NCBI GenBank assembly: GCA_963663405.2
Contig: CAXXSM010000076.1
Coordinates: 64,001 to 128,000 of the forward strand
Source of the DNA: a bacterium
GTDB taxonomy: Bacteria; Hinthialibacterota; Hinthialibacteria; Hinthialibacterales; Hinthialibacteraceae
DNA: 64,000 nucleotides
Direction: 5' to 3'
Shown: piece after piece, positions 9,724 through 17,262 of the stretch
How the letters are laid out: each line of letters begins with the position of its first letter
Numbering within the stretch: position 1 is the stretch's first letter
The notes under the pieces: generated by a model
Seen by the model: the letters and a program-made list of their open reading frames with translations, nothing else
Database searches by the model: none
What the model was told of the DNA's origin: nothing
Translations under genes and position numbers: made by a program

Positions 9724-11136
9724 ATGTGGAAAGACGCTTCTAAGAAAATGCTGTTGCTGTCCGGGAAAATCGGCCCGGTCTTCGCTCTGATTCTTGTCAT
9801 CGCGATTTTTGGTTCCATTGAACCGGGGAAATTTTTCAGCTTTCAAAATTTCAGCAATGTGGCTGGACAGACCGCCGTCATCGCGATCGCGGCGATCGGA
9901 ATGACATTCGTCATCGTCAGCGCCGGGATCGATCTCTCCGTTGGCTCGCTCGTAGCTCTCGCAGGCGTTTACGCGACGATGATCATGTCGTCCGATCATC
10001 TTATGTCTCTTGATTATCTTGGGAAATATCTCAACAGTAGCAGCGCGCTGTCATTAGGAATTTTCGTGGGATTGTTAACCGGCGCGGTATGCGGCTTAAT
10101 TAGTGGTGTGGTAATCACGCGCGGCAAACTGGCGCCCTTTATCGTCACGCTGGGGATGATGGAAATCCTCCGCGGCGTCGCGCTCCAATCCGCCGGGGGG
10201 CTTCCCGTAACGAATCTACCCAACAATTTCAGTAAAATCGGCAACGCGGTCTGGTCGATCACGATCAGCCGCAGCCTTGAATTCTCCGAGGATGAACTCA
10301 ATTTTACCGCCCTCTCCAACCGGTTCCGGGATGGAACCGATCCCGCCGCCCAATGCGTCCGGGCGAATTTATCCGATGAAACCAAGACAATGCTGGAGGA
10401 ATATAAAGACGCGCGAGAAATCCCCGATGAGTTGAAAGAGAGTCTAGTTAAAGACCTGAACGCATTCATCCGTTCCGGCCCCATCTATACACCGGAACGC
10501 TTCGAGAACTCCCCCCTGTCCGATCGATTGATGTACAGGATAAACAAAAATCCACAGGGCAATAATCTGATTCATCTTAATCGCCTGATTCTCGAAGACG
10601 CCTACCCGAACTTCATCGAGAAGGGGGACATGATCCTTTTGATCCCTTACCCGCTGTTCATTCTGATCCCACTGGCCTTCCTCGCGGGATTTGTGTTGAA
10701 ATACACAGTCTTCGGAGTGCAGGTCTACGCGGTTGGTTCGAACGAACAAACCGCGCAGCTCTGCGGGGTGAACGTCAACCGGGTGAAAGTGTTGGTCTAC
10801 ATCATTGGAGGGGTAACGGCGGGATTGGCGGGGATCATTCACGCGTCCCGCTTGAACACGGGCCAACCGTCTGAAGCGTTGGGGATGGAATTGGAGGTCA
10901 TCGCAGCGGTCGTCATCGGCGGCGGTAGTTTGATGGGCGGGGAAGGAACGATCCTCGGATCCATCATGGGCGCGTTCATCATTAAATTCCTCCGCAACGG
11001 ATGCAATATCGTAGGCGTCTCCTCCTTCGTCCAACGAATCGTAATCGGCCTCATCATCATCGTCGCCGTCTACATCGATCAACTGAGAAGAAAATCCTTA
11101 GCGCAACAGACAACCGCGAAAGAGACGGAAGACTGA
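9724..11136 (+). CDS. Sugar ABC transporter permease (RbsC-like) with ~120-aa inserted soluble domain
   Basis: GIDLSVGS, PFIVTLG, YAVGSNE..A.LCGV, ELEVIAAVVIGGGSL; extra hydrophilic block at ~10264-10629. Confidence 0.92.
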   Translation: MWKDASKKMLLLSGKIGPVFALILVIAIFGSIEPGKFFSFQNFSNVAGQTAVIAIAAIGMTFVIVSAGIDLSVGSLVALAGVYATMIMSSDHLMSLDYLGKYLNSSSALSLGIFVGLLTGAVCGLISGVVITRGKLAPFIVTLGMMEILRGVALQSAGGLPVTNLPNNFSKIGNAVWSITISRSLEFSEDELNFTALSNRFRDGTDPAAQCVRANLSDETKTMLEEYKDAREIPDELKESLVKDLNAFIRSGPIYTPERFENSPLSDRLMYRINKNPQGNNLIHLNRLILEDAYPNFIEKGDMILLIPYPLFILIPLAFLAGFVLKYTVFGVQVYAVGSNEQTAQLCGVNVNRVKVLVYIIGGVTAGLAGIIHASRLNTGQPSEALGMELEVIAAVVIGGGSLMGGEGTILGSIMGAFIIKFLRNGCNIVGVSSFVQRIVIGLIIIVAVYIDQLRRKSLAQQTTAKETED

Positions 11137-11137
11137 T
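11011..11137 (+). repeat. 127-bp direct repeat, copy 1 (3' end of permease gene)
   Basis: Matches 12075-12201 except one base (GGCCTCATC vs GGCCTAATC). Confidence 0.95.
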
Positions 11138-11253
11138 TTCCACCTCGTATATATGGGTGGCGGGTAAGAACCGGCGTTTACCCCGGAGTATTTACTTTTT
11201 TTGCCCTTGTTGAGAGATACCATCTGTTCGTCTGAACGAAGATAAAAATGTAC

Positions 11254-11282
11254 TTGATAACATATGTATTATTGGCCATAAT
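11254..11282 (+). promoter_or_regulatory. sigma70-like promoter of the TA operon (probably leaderless)
   Basis: TTGATA-17 bp-CATAAT; ATG follows 5 nt after the -10 box and no SD is visible. Confidence 0.5.
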
Positions 11283-11287
11283 TAGAT

Positions 11288-11647
11288 ATGGTATGGGACG
11301 TTATCTTCTTCTCAGAGTTTGTGGATGAGTTCGACAAATTCTCGGACTCCGTCCAAAATGAAATTCTAGCGCACGCGCATTTGCTTGAAGAATTCGGACC
11401 TATGTTGGGCAGACCACGAGTGGATACGCTGAAAGGATCACGTCACTCCAATATGAAGGAATTGCGATTCAATGCAAACAAAGGAGTATGGCGCGCCGCG
11501 TTTGCCTTTGATCCGAAGAGGCGGGCAATCATTTTGTTGGCTGGAGATAAGTCTGGTGTCAGCGAAAAGAGATTTTACAAACAGTTGATTCAAAAAGCTG
11601 ATAGTCGCTTTGATTGTCATTTGGAACAACTGAATCAAGAAGGGTAA
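11288..11647 (+). CDS. Type II TA toxin, RelE/ParE superfamily (Gp49/HigB-like)
   Basis: GP.LGRP.VDTLKGS...NMKELR, WR..FAFDP.R.AI.L..GDKSG. Confidence 0.9.
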   Translation: MVWDVIFFSEFVDEFDKFSDSVQNEILAHAHLLEEFGPMLGRPRVDTLKGSRHSNMKELRFNANKGVWRAAFAFDPKRRAIILLAGDKSGVSEKRFYKQLIQKADSRFDCHLEQLNQEG

Positions 11648-11651
11648 ACAA

Positions 11652-11996
11652 ATGCCTGTAACATTGGAAGATAAAATGAACCAACTCAGTCCTGAGCGCC
11701 GGAAGAAAGTGGAAGAACGGGCGGCTGAACTCATTGCGGAAGAGATGACCCTGCGCGATCTGCGGCGCGCTCATCAATTGACTCAAGAGCGCATAGCGGA
11801 ATCTTTGGGGATCGGTCAGGATGGTGTCTCGCGTCTGGAAAAACGGAGCGATTTGCTAATCTCCACACTGCGCGGCTATATTGAAGCAATGGGAGGCCGC
11901 TTACGTCTGATGGCGGAATTCCCAAACCGGCCAGCCGTCACAATCGGGGGAATTTCAGAAATGGAGAATGAGATAGAAAATCAGGAAACGAGTTAA
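11652..11996 (+). CDS. XRE-family HTH antitoxin (HigA-like)
   Basis: LRDLR...LTQ..IA..LGI.Q..VSRLEKRSDLLISTLR.YIEAMGG; directly downstream of the toxin. Confidence 0.9.
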   Translation: MPVTLEDKMNQLSPERRKKVEERAAELIAEEMTLRDLRRAHQLTQERIAESLGIGQDGVSRLEKRSDLLISTLRGYIEAMGGRLRLMAEFPNRPAVTIGGISEMENEIENQETS

Positions 11997-12074
11997 TGAA
12001 CAAAGACTGTTATCTCTTTGCCTTTGAATCCCTATCAATAAAGCCACATGTCATCCACGCACGCGCCCAGAGAA

Positions 12075-12201
12075 GTAGGCGTCTCCTCCTTCGTCCAACG
12101 AATCGTAATCGGCCTAATCATCATCGTCGCCGTCTACATCGATCAACTGAGAAGAAAATCCTTAGCGCAACAGACAACCGCGAAAGAGACGGAAGACTGA
12201 T
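12075..12201 (+). repeat. 127-bp direct repeat, copy 2 (duplicated permease 3' end)
   Basis: Near-identical to 11011-11137. Confidence 0.95.
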
Positions 12202-12221
12202 GCCACCTGCCATATCAAACA

Positions 12222-12306
12222 GTAGGGTGGGTCACGCTTTATCGACCCACCGCGTATGATTAATCGATTCGGTATTCGGCGCCTCATAAAGACGCGACCA
12301 CCTTAC
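12222..12306. repeat. GTAG-type REP doublet (REPIN-like), family A
   Basis: GTAGGGTGGGTC-ACGCTTTATC-GACCCACC hairpin plus inverted partner ...GACGCGACCACCTTAC. Confidence 0.8.
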
Positions 12307-12390
12307 AGGGCTGAGCCATTCCTTCATCCGCTCCAGCATTTCCCAAATTCATCCCCCAAACCGGCGCTATTTCATCCCCAAAGGCATTCC

Positions 12391-12419
12391 TTGACATTCA
12401 AGGAAATGTATCATAAATT
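12391..12419 (+). promoter_or_regulatory. Putative sigma70 promoter of the FRG gene
   Basis: TTGACA-17 bp-TAAATT upstream of 12487. Confidence 0.4.
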
Positions 12420-12486
12420 CCATAAACCATTTAATAATTTGTTAGGCTACCCGATCACATGAAGTAATAAATACTATTTTATTGCA

Positions 12487-13341
12487 ATGAAACATATCGT
12501 AGGACAAGTATTTACCCATATCAGAGAAAATATTGTAGCATCTTCATTTCACTCAAGCCCTGGGAGTGTGATTGAAAGAAATCTGAAAGGTGTTAGGTCT
12601 ATAACTGCGATAAGAAAAAATGAGGGATACATTGTTCGATCATTCAAAGAACTGGGTTATTTAGTGGCGGAATTGGGATACAATAATCATATGTTTAACT
12701 TACTCTTTAGAGGTCAGATAAATGATCATAAGGATAATAAAGGTCAATCCACTATATATCCATCGATTTACAGACCCTCTTCAACTCGTTTATCTCGAAA
12801 AGCCCTTAGTAAGAGATTTGATATTCTAGAGCGAGACATAAATCTTCTATACAAAGAAAGGGGGAATTTAGGCATACATTCGATATTAATGAATTATAAA
12901 GAATACTATATAGCATTACTTCAACACTATGAACTTTGCAAAACCCCAATGCTTGACCTTACCAATTCATTGCGTGTTGCAGCAAGCTTTGCGCTGCACA
13001 AATCAAGAACAGGATATCTTTTTGTTTTTGGTATGCCCCACCCTCATGGTAGCATATCTCATTATGTGGATGATAGCTTGATGTTAGTGAAACTCCAAAA
13101 TGTATGTCCGCATGGTGCTTTACGGCCTCACTTTCAAGAGGGATATTTAGTTTCTAGACTGCCCTACACTAAATCAAAAGAAGCCGGTGATAATGTTGCG
13201 AGGAGGCTATTAGCAAAATATTATATCGATAATAGAAAAAATACGTTTTGGACTGATGGATTCAATAAAATACCAAGAAAAGCTTTGTTACCTCCAAATG
13301 ATGAATATGAACATAAATTAAAAAAAATATTAGTCATGTAG
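12487..13341 (+). CDS. FRG domain protein
   Basis: LLFRGQ, IYPSIYR, ALLQHYE..TPMLDLT.SL.VA..FA motifs; visibly AT-rich. Confidence 0.85.
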   Translation: MKHIVGQVFTHIRENIVASSFHSSPGSVIERNLKGVRSITAIRKNEGYIVRSFKELGYLVAELGYNNHMFNLLFRGQINDHKDNKGQSTIYPSIYRPSSTRLSRKALSKRFDILERDINLLYKERGNLGIHSILMNYKEYYIALLQHYELCKTPMLDLTNSLRVAASFALHKSRTGYLFVFGMPHPHGSISHYVDDSLMLVKLQNVCPHGALRPHFQEGYLVSRLPYTKSKEAGDNVARRLLAKYYIDNRKNTFWTDGFNKIPRKALLPPNDEYEHKLKKILVM

Positions 13342-13422
13342 GATAGATCACGCTTTATCAATCCACCGCGTATTAATCGTTGCGGTATTCTTCGCCTCAT
13401 AAAAACGCGACCTATGGGGCTG
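13338..13422. repeat. Degenerate direct copy of the 12222-12306 REP doublet, overlapping the FRG stop codon
   Basis: GTAGGATAGATCACGCTTTATCAATCCACCGCGTATTAATCG...CGCCTCATAAAAACGCGACC aligns with 12222-12300. Confidence 0.8.
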
Positions 13423-13508
13423 TATATTGGAATGCTCATTCAATCAAAGTAGTTATGAGGATATCCACAAGCGTATGCGCAATATCAAGAAGAAAGAGGA
13501 TCATGTCC

Positions 13509-14594
13509 ATGAAGAAAATCATTACGAGAAGGCAGATGCTCATGACCACGATAGCCGGCGGATTCGGCGTTATTACCAGCAAGAGCCTCCAGGGAATGGA
13601 GCAAAGTGCAGACTCTGCGGATCCAAGAATCCAAGGACCGTTTCCGATTCTCTCGACGCCTTTCACTTCATCGGGAGCCGTCGATTTTGACGCTCTCGCC
13701 AGATCGGCTCGCTACGTCGACTGGTGTGGGTGTCCGGGCATGATCTGGCCCCAGTCGGGCGATAGCGTCGATCTGCTGACCATCGACGAAAAACTCCAAG
13801 GCATGGAGGTTCTAGCCAAGACGGCGCGCAATCTGCGTACCACGGCGCTCTGCCTTGGTGTCCAGGGTAAAGATACTGACGAAATGCTCGTCTACGCCAG
13901 GCATGCCGAAAAACTGGCCCCGGCGGCGTTCATCTCGAGACCGCCGGATTCGGGAAAGACGGAAGACGACATGCGTCAATACTGGCATGCTCTCGCCTCG
14001 GTCACGAAACGGCCCGTTTTTATCCAGACCACGGGCGGTGTGGCCTACAAGGGACCGACTCCCTCGGTGGAACTCCTGATCGAGTTAGCCAAGGAATTCC
14101 CGAACTTTGGTTACGTCAAAGAGGAAGCGGGAAACGTCATCGCTCGTACCCGTTCCCTGATTGCTGCGAAGCCGCCCATCCGGCGCGTATTCGGCGCCCG
14201 TGGAGGCTTCGGCTGGCTCTACGAATTGCGGCTCGGGGTGGAAGGCCTGATCACCGAACGAGCCATTTACGCCGACGTCCTCACCCGCATCTGGCGCCTT
14301 CATCGGAGCGGCTTGAATCCCGGCGCATTGCGAGACGCGTACAGCAAGTTTCTCCTAATGATCAACCTCGGCAGGACCCATCCCGGCGATTTGCGCGGCT
14401 ACCAGTTGTATCTCTGGAAGAAACGCGGCGTGTTCCAGACGATGGTCTCACGCCAATACGGGCCAGGGCAATCCATCCCGAAGTCGCCCATCTTCTCGGA
14501 ACTGGAATTGACTCAGGACGAGATCGCCGAGATCGAGTTTCGATTCGAGGCGCTCCAGCCGTACCAGAAGCCGGGATCGCCTCAATTCCTATAA
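13509..14594 (+). CDS. Dihydrodipicolinate synthase-family aldolase/lyase with Tat signal
   Basis: TRRQML twin-arginine leader, TPFT..G.VD, YVKEE Schiff-base Lys region; AAGAGGA RBS before 13509. Confidence 0.8.
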   Translation: MKKIITRRQMLMTTIAGGFGVITSKSLQGMEQSADSADPRIQGPFPILSTPFTSSGAVDFDALARSARYVDWCGCPGMIWPQSGDSVDLLTIDEKLQGMEVLAKTARNLRTTALCLGVQGKDTDEMLVYARHAEKLAPAAFISRPPDSGKTEDDMRQYWHALASVTKRPVFIQTTGGVAYKGPTPSVELLIELAKEFPNFGYVKEEAGNVIARTRSLIAAKPPIRRVFGARGGFGWLYELRLGVEGLITERAIYADVLTRIWRLHRSGLNPGALRDAYSKFLLMINLGRTHPGDLRGYQLYLWKKRGVFQTMVSRQYGPGQSIPKSPIFSELELTQDEIAEIEFRFEALQPYQKPGSPQFL

Positions 14595-14660
14595 CTGCTT
14601 CTCTCCGGAAAGAAACAAGGATTAAATTCATCAAAGGTACGTAACGGCCCGTATAGAGAA

Positions 14661-14698
14661 GTCGGGTAGACTAAGAGCGCAGCGTAGGGCGTCATTAC
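14661..14698 (+). repeat. Degenerate REP, family A
   Basis: GTCGGGTAGACTAAGAGCGCAGCGTAGGGCGTCA resembles the copies at 21503 and 23975. Confidence 0.65.
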
Positions 14699-14798
14699 AA
14701 AGTTCTCACATGTCAATTTTAAATACATGCTTGAATCCCACATCACTCCTCACTATCCTATTAAGACAAAGCATCCAAAATAAAATGGAGTATGAAAA

Positions 14799-15071
14799 GT
14801 GAGTGATATCATTATCCATATCCCGGATAAACCGATCGATCCAGGTTTTCTAGCGCAGTTGGAAAAATTCCTGACTCGTTATGAAGCGACTCTTGACAAA
14901 GACGCATGGAATATTCTTAAACAATCACAGAGCAAACAAGAAAACGAAAAGCGGCTCAGCCTTGAGGAGTTTATCAAAGAAACAGAAGCTTTCAGCAAAC
15001 GTGTGGGGCCTCAAAAAACAGATAGCACTGATCTAATTCGTGAAGATCGGGATAGAAATTGGGTTGGCTAA
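14799..15071 (+). CDS. Orphan antitoxin-like protein (VapB/FitA-type C-terminus)
   Basis: C-terminal DSTDLIREDRDR typical of antitoxins of PIN toxins; GGAG RBS; TTGAAT-17-TATCCT at 14731-14759. Confidence 0.55.
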   Translation: MSDIIIHIPDKPIDPGFLAQLEKFLTRYEATLDKDAWNILKQSQSKQENEKRLSLEEFIKETEAFSKRVGPQKTDSTDLIREDRDRNWVG

Positions 15072-15090
15072 ATGCGCAGCGTAGCCCACC
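15061..15090 (+). repeat. REP, family A (contains the stop codon of the preceding ORF)
   Basis: GGGTTGGCTAAATGCGCAGCGTAGCCCACC. Confidence 0.75.
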
Positions 15091-15146
15091 GTTGCGCCTG
15101 CTGCAGCTGCAGAAAAATTTTTTGATAATATGATGGTATTGTAATT

Positions 15147-15341
15147 ATGGATGAATGGATAGAAATCGTTTCATCTACAGATAGGATTGAAGCAGCAGAG
15201 CTGTTTAAAAAGTGGAAGGAAAATAATACATTGTGGAGCAATAGTCTTTCTGATGATGATATCAGGATTGATTCAATTCGTACACTTGATAAACGAACGC
15301 TTACAAGATATCGTGTCAGGAAAATTTCAAATAATGACTAA
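15147..15341 (+). CDS. Small hypothetical protein
   Basis: 64-aa AT-rich ORF filling the space between two REPs. Confidence 0.5.
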   Translation: MDEWIEIVSSTDRIEAAELFKKWKENNTLWSNSLSDDDIRIDSIRTLDKRTLTRYRVRKISNND

Positions 15342-15351
15342 TGCAACGGTA

Positions 15352-15506
15352 TAGAAGATGGGCAGAAAGCGTAGCGCAGGGCGCCAAAAATACTGATTTT
15401 TGAACCACGGATTTCATGGAAAAAGCGCGGAGTCCACGGATTATTTTCCGTGTAATCTATCTCTATCCGAATTATCCGTGATTCAAACAAAAGAAGATCC
15501 ATTGAC
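15352..15506 (+). repeat. Composite repeat (family A REP + CACGGAT/ATCCGTG family B), copy 1
   Basis: Aligns with 16336-16491 including GAACCACGGATTTCATGGAAAAAGCGCGGAGTCCACGGATT and ATCCGTGATTCAAACAAAAGAAGATC. Confidence 0.9.
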
Positions 15507-15526
15507 AATGTAGCCCGCCATTACGA

Positions 15527-16324
15527 CTACAAATCCAAAAATTCCTGCAACCCTGGTTTTCCATAAACCGCCCCACCGGTTTTAACAATGAGATTATTCT
15601 GCATTTCTACAATTCCTTCCCCATGCGTATGCCCACATAAAACTAACATTTCTTTTTGGGGATATTTCAACATAAATTCCTGAAGCGCTATTCCAACCGC
15701 TTTACAACTGAAATGGGGCAGAAAATTCTCATCGCTGATTCGCCCTTCATACCAACAGGCTTCCTGGAACGGGGGAACATGCGTCAACACAATCACTTTG
15801 CGATATCGATCGATTGTTAAAGGTAAGTTACTTCGAAAAAATTCCGCCGCTTCATCCCCCAGTGTGTTTAATAAAGAGAGACGATCGGCTGAATTAAGAC
15901 CAACAAATTCCTGAATATGAATGTAGTCATTCAAGAGGACCTTACTTTTTTCATAATTCCCAAAACGCCCATCCGCCCATGAGCCATGACCGATTAAACA
16001 AGTATCTTCACACAAAGGAACAACGCCCTGTTGAGGCAGCCATCGCAGGTTGGAGAAGTATGCTGTGCGCTCCAGCAGTTCCCGCCGAACATGAGCGATC
16101 GATCCAAAATAATAATCATGATTTCCCAAAACGAAAAATGTGGGTACAGGAAAATAGGAATCCAACAGTTGTAAGTCAGAGAGCAATCTCGGCGCTGTCG
16201 ATAGATCCCCACCAATTAAAATGCAGTCCGGCGAATGAGACAAAATCATCTCACAAAACGATTCAATCCCGGCGTCGTCAATATGATCAAGATGGATATC
16301 CGTCAGCCAAGCCACTTTTTTCAT
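15527..16324 (-). CDS. Calcineurin-like metallophosphoesterase (Icc/CpdA-like)
   Basis: TDIH, GGD, GNHD, THVPP, GHTH metal-binding motifs. Confidence 0.9.
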   Translation of the reverse strand: MKKVAWLTDIHLDHIDDAGIESFCEMILSHSPDCILIGGDLSTAPRLLSDLQLLDSYFPVPTFFVLGNHDYYFGSIAHVRRELLERTAYFSNLRWLPQQGVVPLCEDTCLIGHGSWADGRFGNYEKSKVLLNDYIHIQEFVGLNSADRLSLLNTLGDEAAEFFRSNLPLTIDRYRKVIVLTHVPPFQEACWYEGRISDENFLPHFSCKAVGIALQEFMLKYPQKEMLVLCGHTHGEGIVEMQNNLIVKTGGAVYGKPGLQEFLDL

Positions 16325-16335
16325 GCTATTAGTCC

Positions 16336-16491
16336 GTAGGATGAGCTAAAAGCGTAGCGCAGCCCATCAAAATTACTGCATTTTGAACCACGGATTTCAT
16401 GGAAAAAGCGCGGAGTCCACGGATTTTTTTTTCCGTGAATTCCGCGGTAATCCGAGTCATCCGTGATTCAAACAAAAGAAGATCTATTGAC
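16336..16491 (+). repeat. Composite repeat (family A + B), copy 2
   Basis: GTAGGATGAGCTAAAAGCGTAGCGCAGCCCATC followed by the same family B block as 15352-15506. Confidence 0.9.
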
Positions 16492-16531
16492 TAAGGTTCA
16501 ATCAATCCGTACGCAATTCCTTCTTTAGAAG

Positions 16532-16562
16532 GTAAGGGTGGATCGCGCATTGATGACCCATC
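16532..16562 (+). repeat. Degenerate REP, family A
   Basis: GTAAGGGTGGATCGCGCATTGATGACCCATC resembles the copies at 12222 and 63222. Confidence 0.6.
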
Positions 16563-16641
16563 GTTTCAATGGATTATCAGCGATTTTATGGTAAAGAGAG
16601 AACTCTCTGTCAAGAAGATATAACTATCACTCAAAAGGAAT

Positions 16642-16983
16642 TTATAAATTACCTTTCCTCCATTCGGATAATGTCATCTCTGCGCTTAGTGAAATTATAC
16701 CCTTTTGTTTTTGTATTTCTTCGAGAGTTTTTACTGCCTTTTCCTCATTATATTTAAGCGAGTGACATGCAGACCAACATCGCACACTATCATTTTCATC
16801 GTCGGTTAAAGATAGCAAAGCTTCGTTACCTTCATCACCATATTCTTTGATTCTATTTAATGCTATCATCAGCTTATCGTAACATTTGTTCCCTACTTTG
16901 TAATTGCCCTCTTTTATTGTGTCACCATGCTTTGCCGCATTGAGTTTATATTCATCAATCAATTCCTCGATTTCTTTATTCAT
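16642..16983 (-). CDS. DUF2019-like helical protein (immunity-like)
   Basis: AAKHG....G.YK..NK.Y...LL.L..DEN..VR.W.A...L...A..TL.EWRKG pattern, recognised from memory as DUF2019. Confidence 0.6.
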   Translation of the reverse strand: MNKEIEELIDEYKLNAAKHGDTIKEGNYKVGNKCYDKLMIALNRIKEYGDEGNEALLSLTDDENDSVRCWSACHSLKYNEEKAVKTLEEIQKQKGIISLSAEMTLSEWRKGNL

Positions 16984-17025
16984 TTTCCACCCCCAAATTC
17001 TTATATATTTAACTTCAACACATGA

Positions 17026-17229
17026 CTATTCGGCATACTCGATCTCTTCACCAGATACAACAATCTGGGCAACTGTCTCTCCTGTTTCCGGATTAGAAAA
17101 ATCGATTTCATACTCAAACGGTCCATCACCATAAATTTCAATAATAATTCCAATTGCGCCTTCACTGGCGCCTTCGCTGGAATAGTTATCAGAAAGAAGT
17201 TTCACACGGGAATACTGTTTAAAATTCAT
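17026..17229 (-). CDS. DUF4926 domain protein
   Basis: V.LL......G...GAIG.IIEIY....YEIDFS...GETVA pattern. Confidence 0.7.
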   Translation of the reverse strand: MNFKQYSRVKLLSDNYSSEGASEGAIGIIIEIYGDGPFEYEIDFSNPETGETVAQIVVSGEEIEYAE

Positions 17230-17262
17230 AATTGTAAATTCACAAATCGGAGTTTTATCTAT

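Noticed and set aside
11996-12259. 87-aa ORF after the antitoxin
   Set aside because: Out-of-frame reading of the duplicated permease 3' end.
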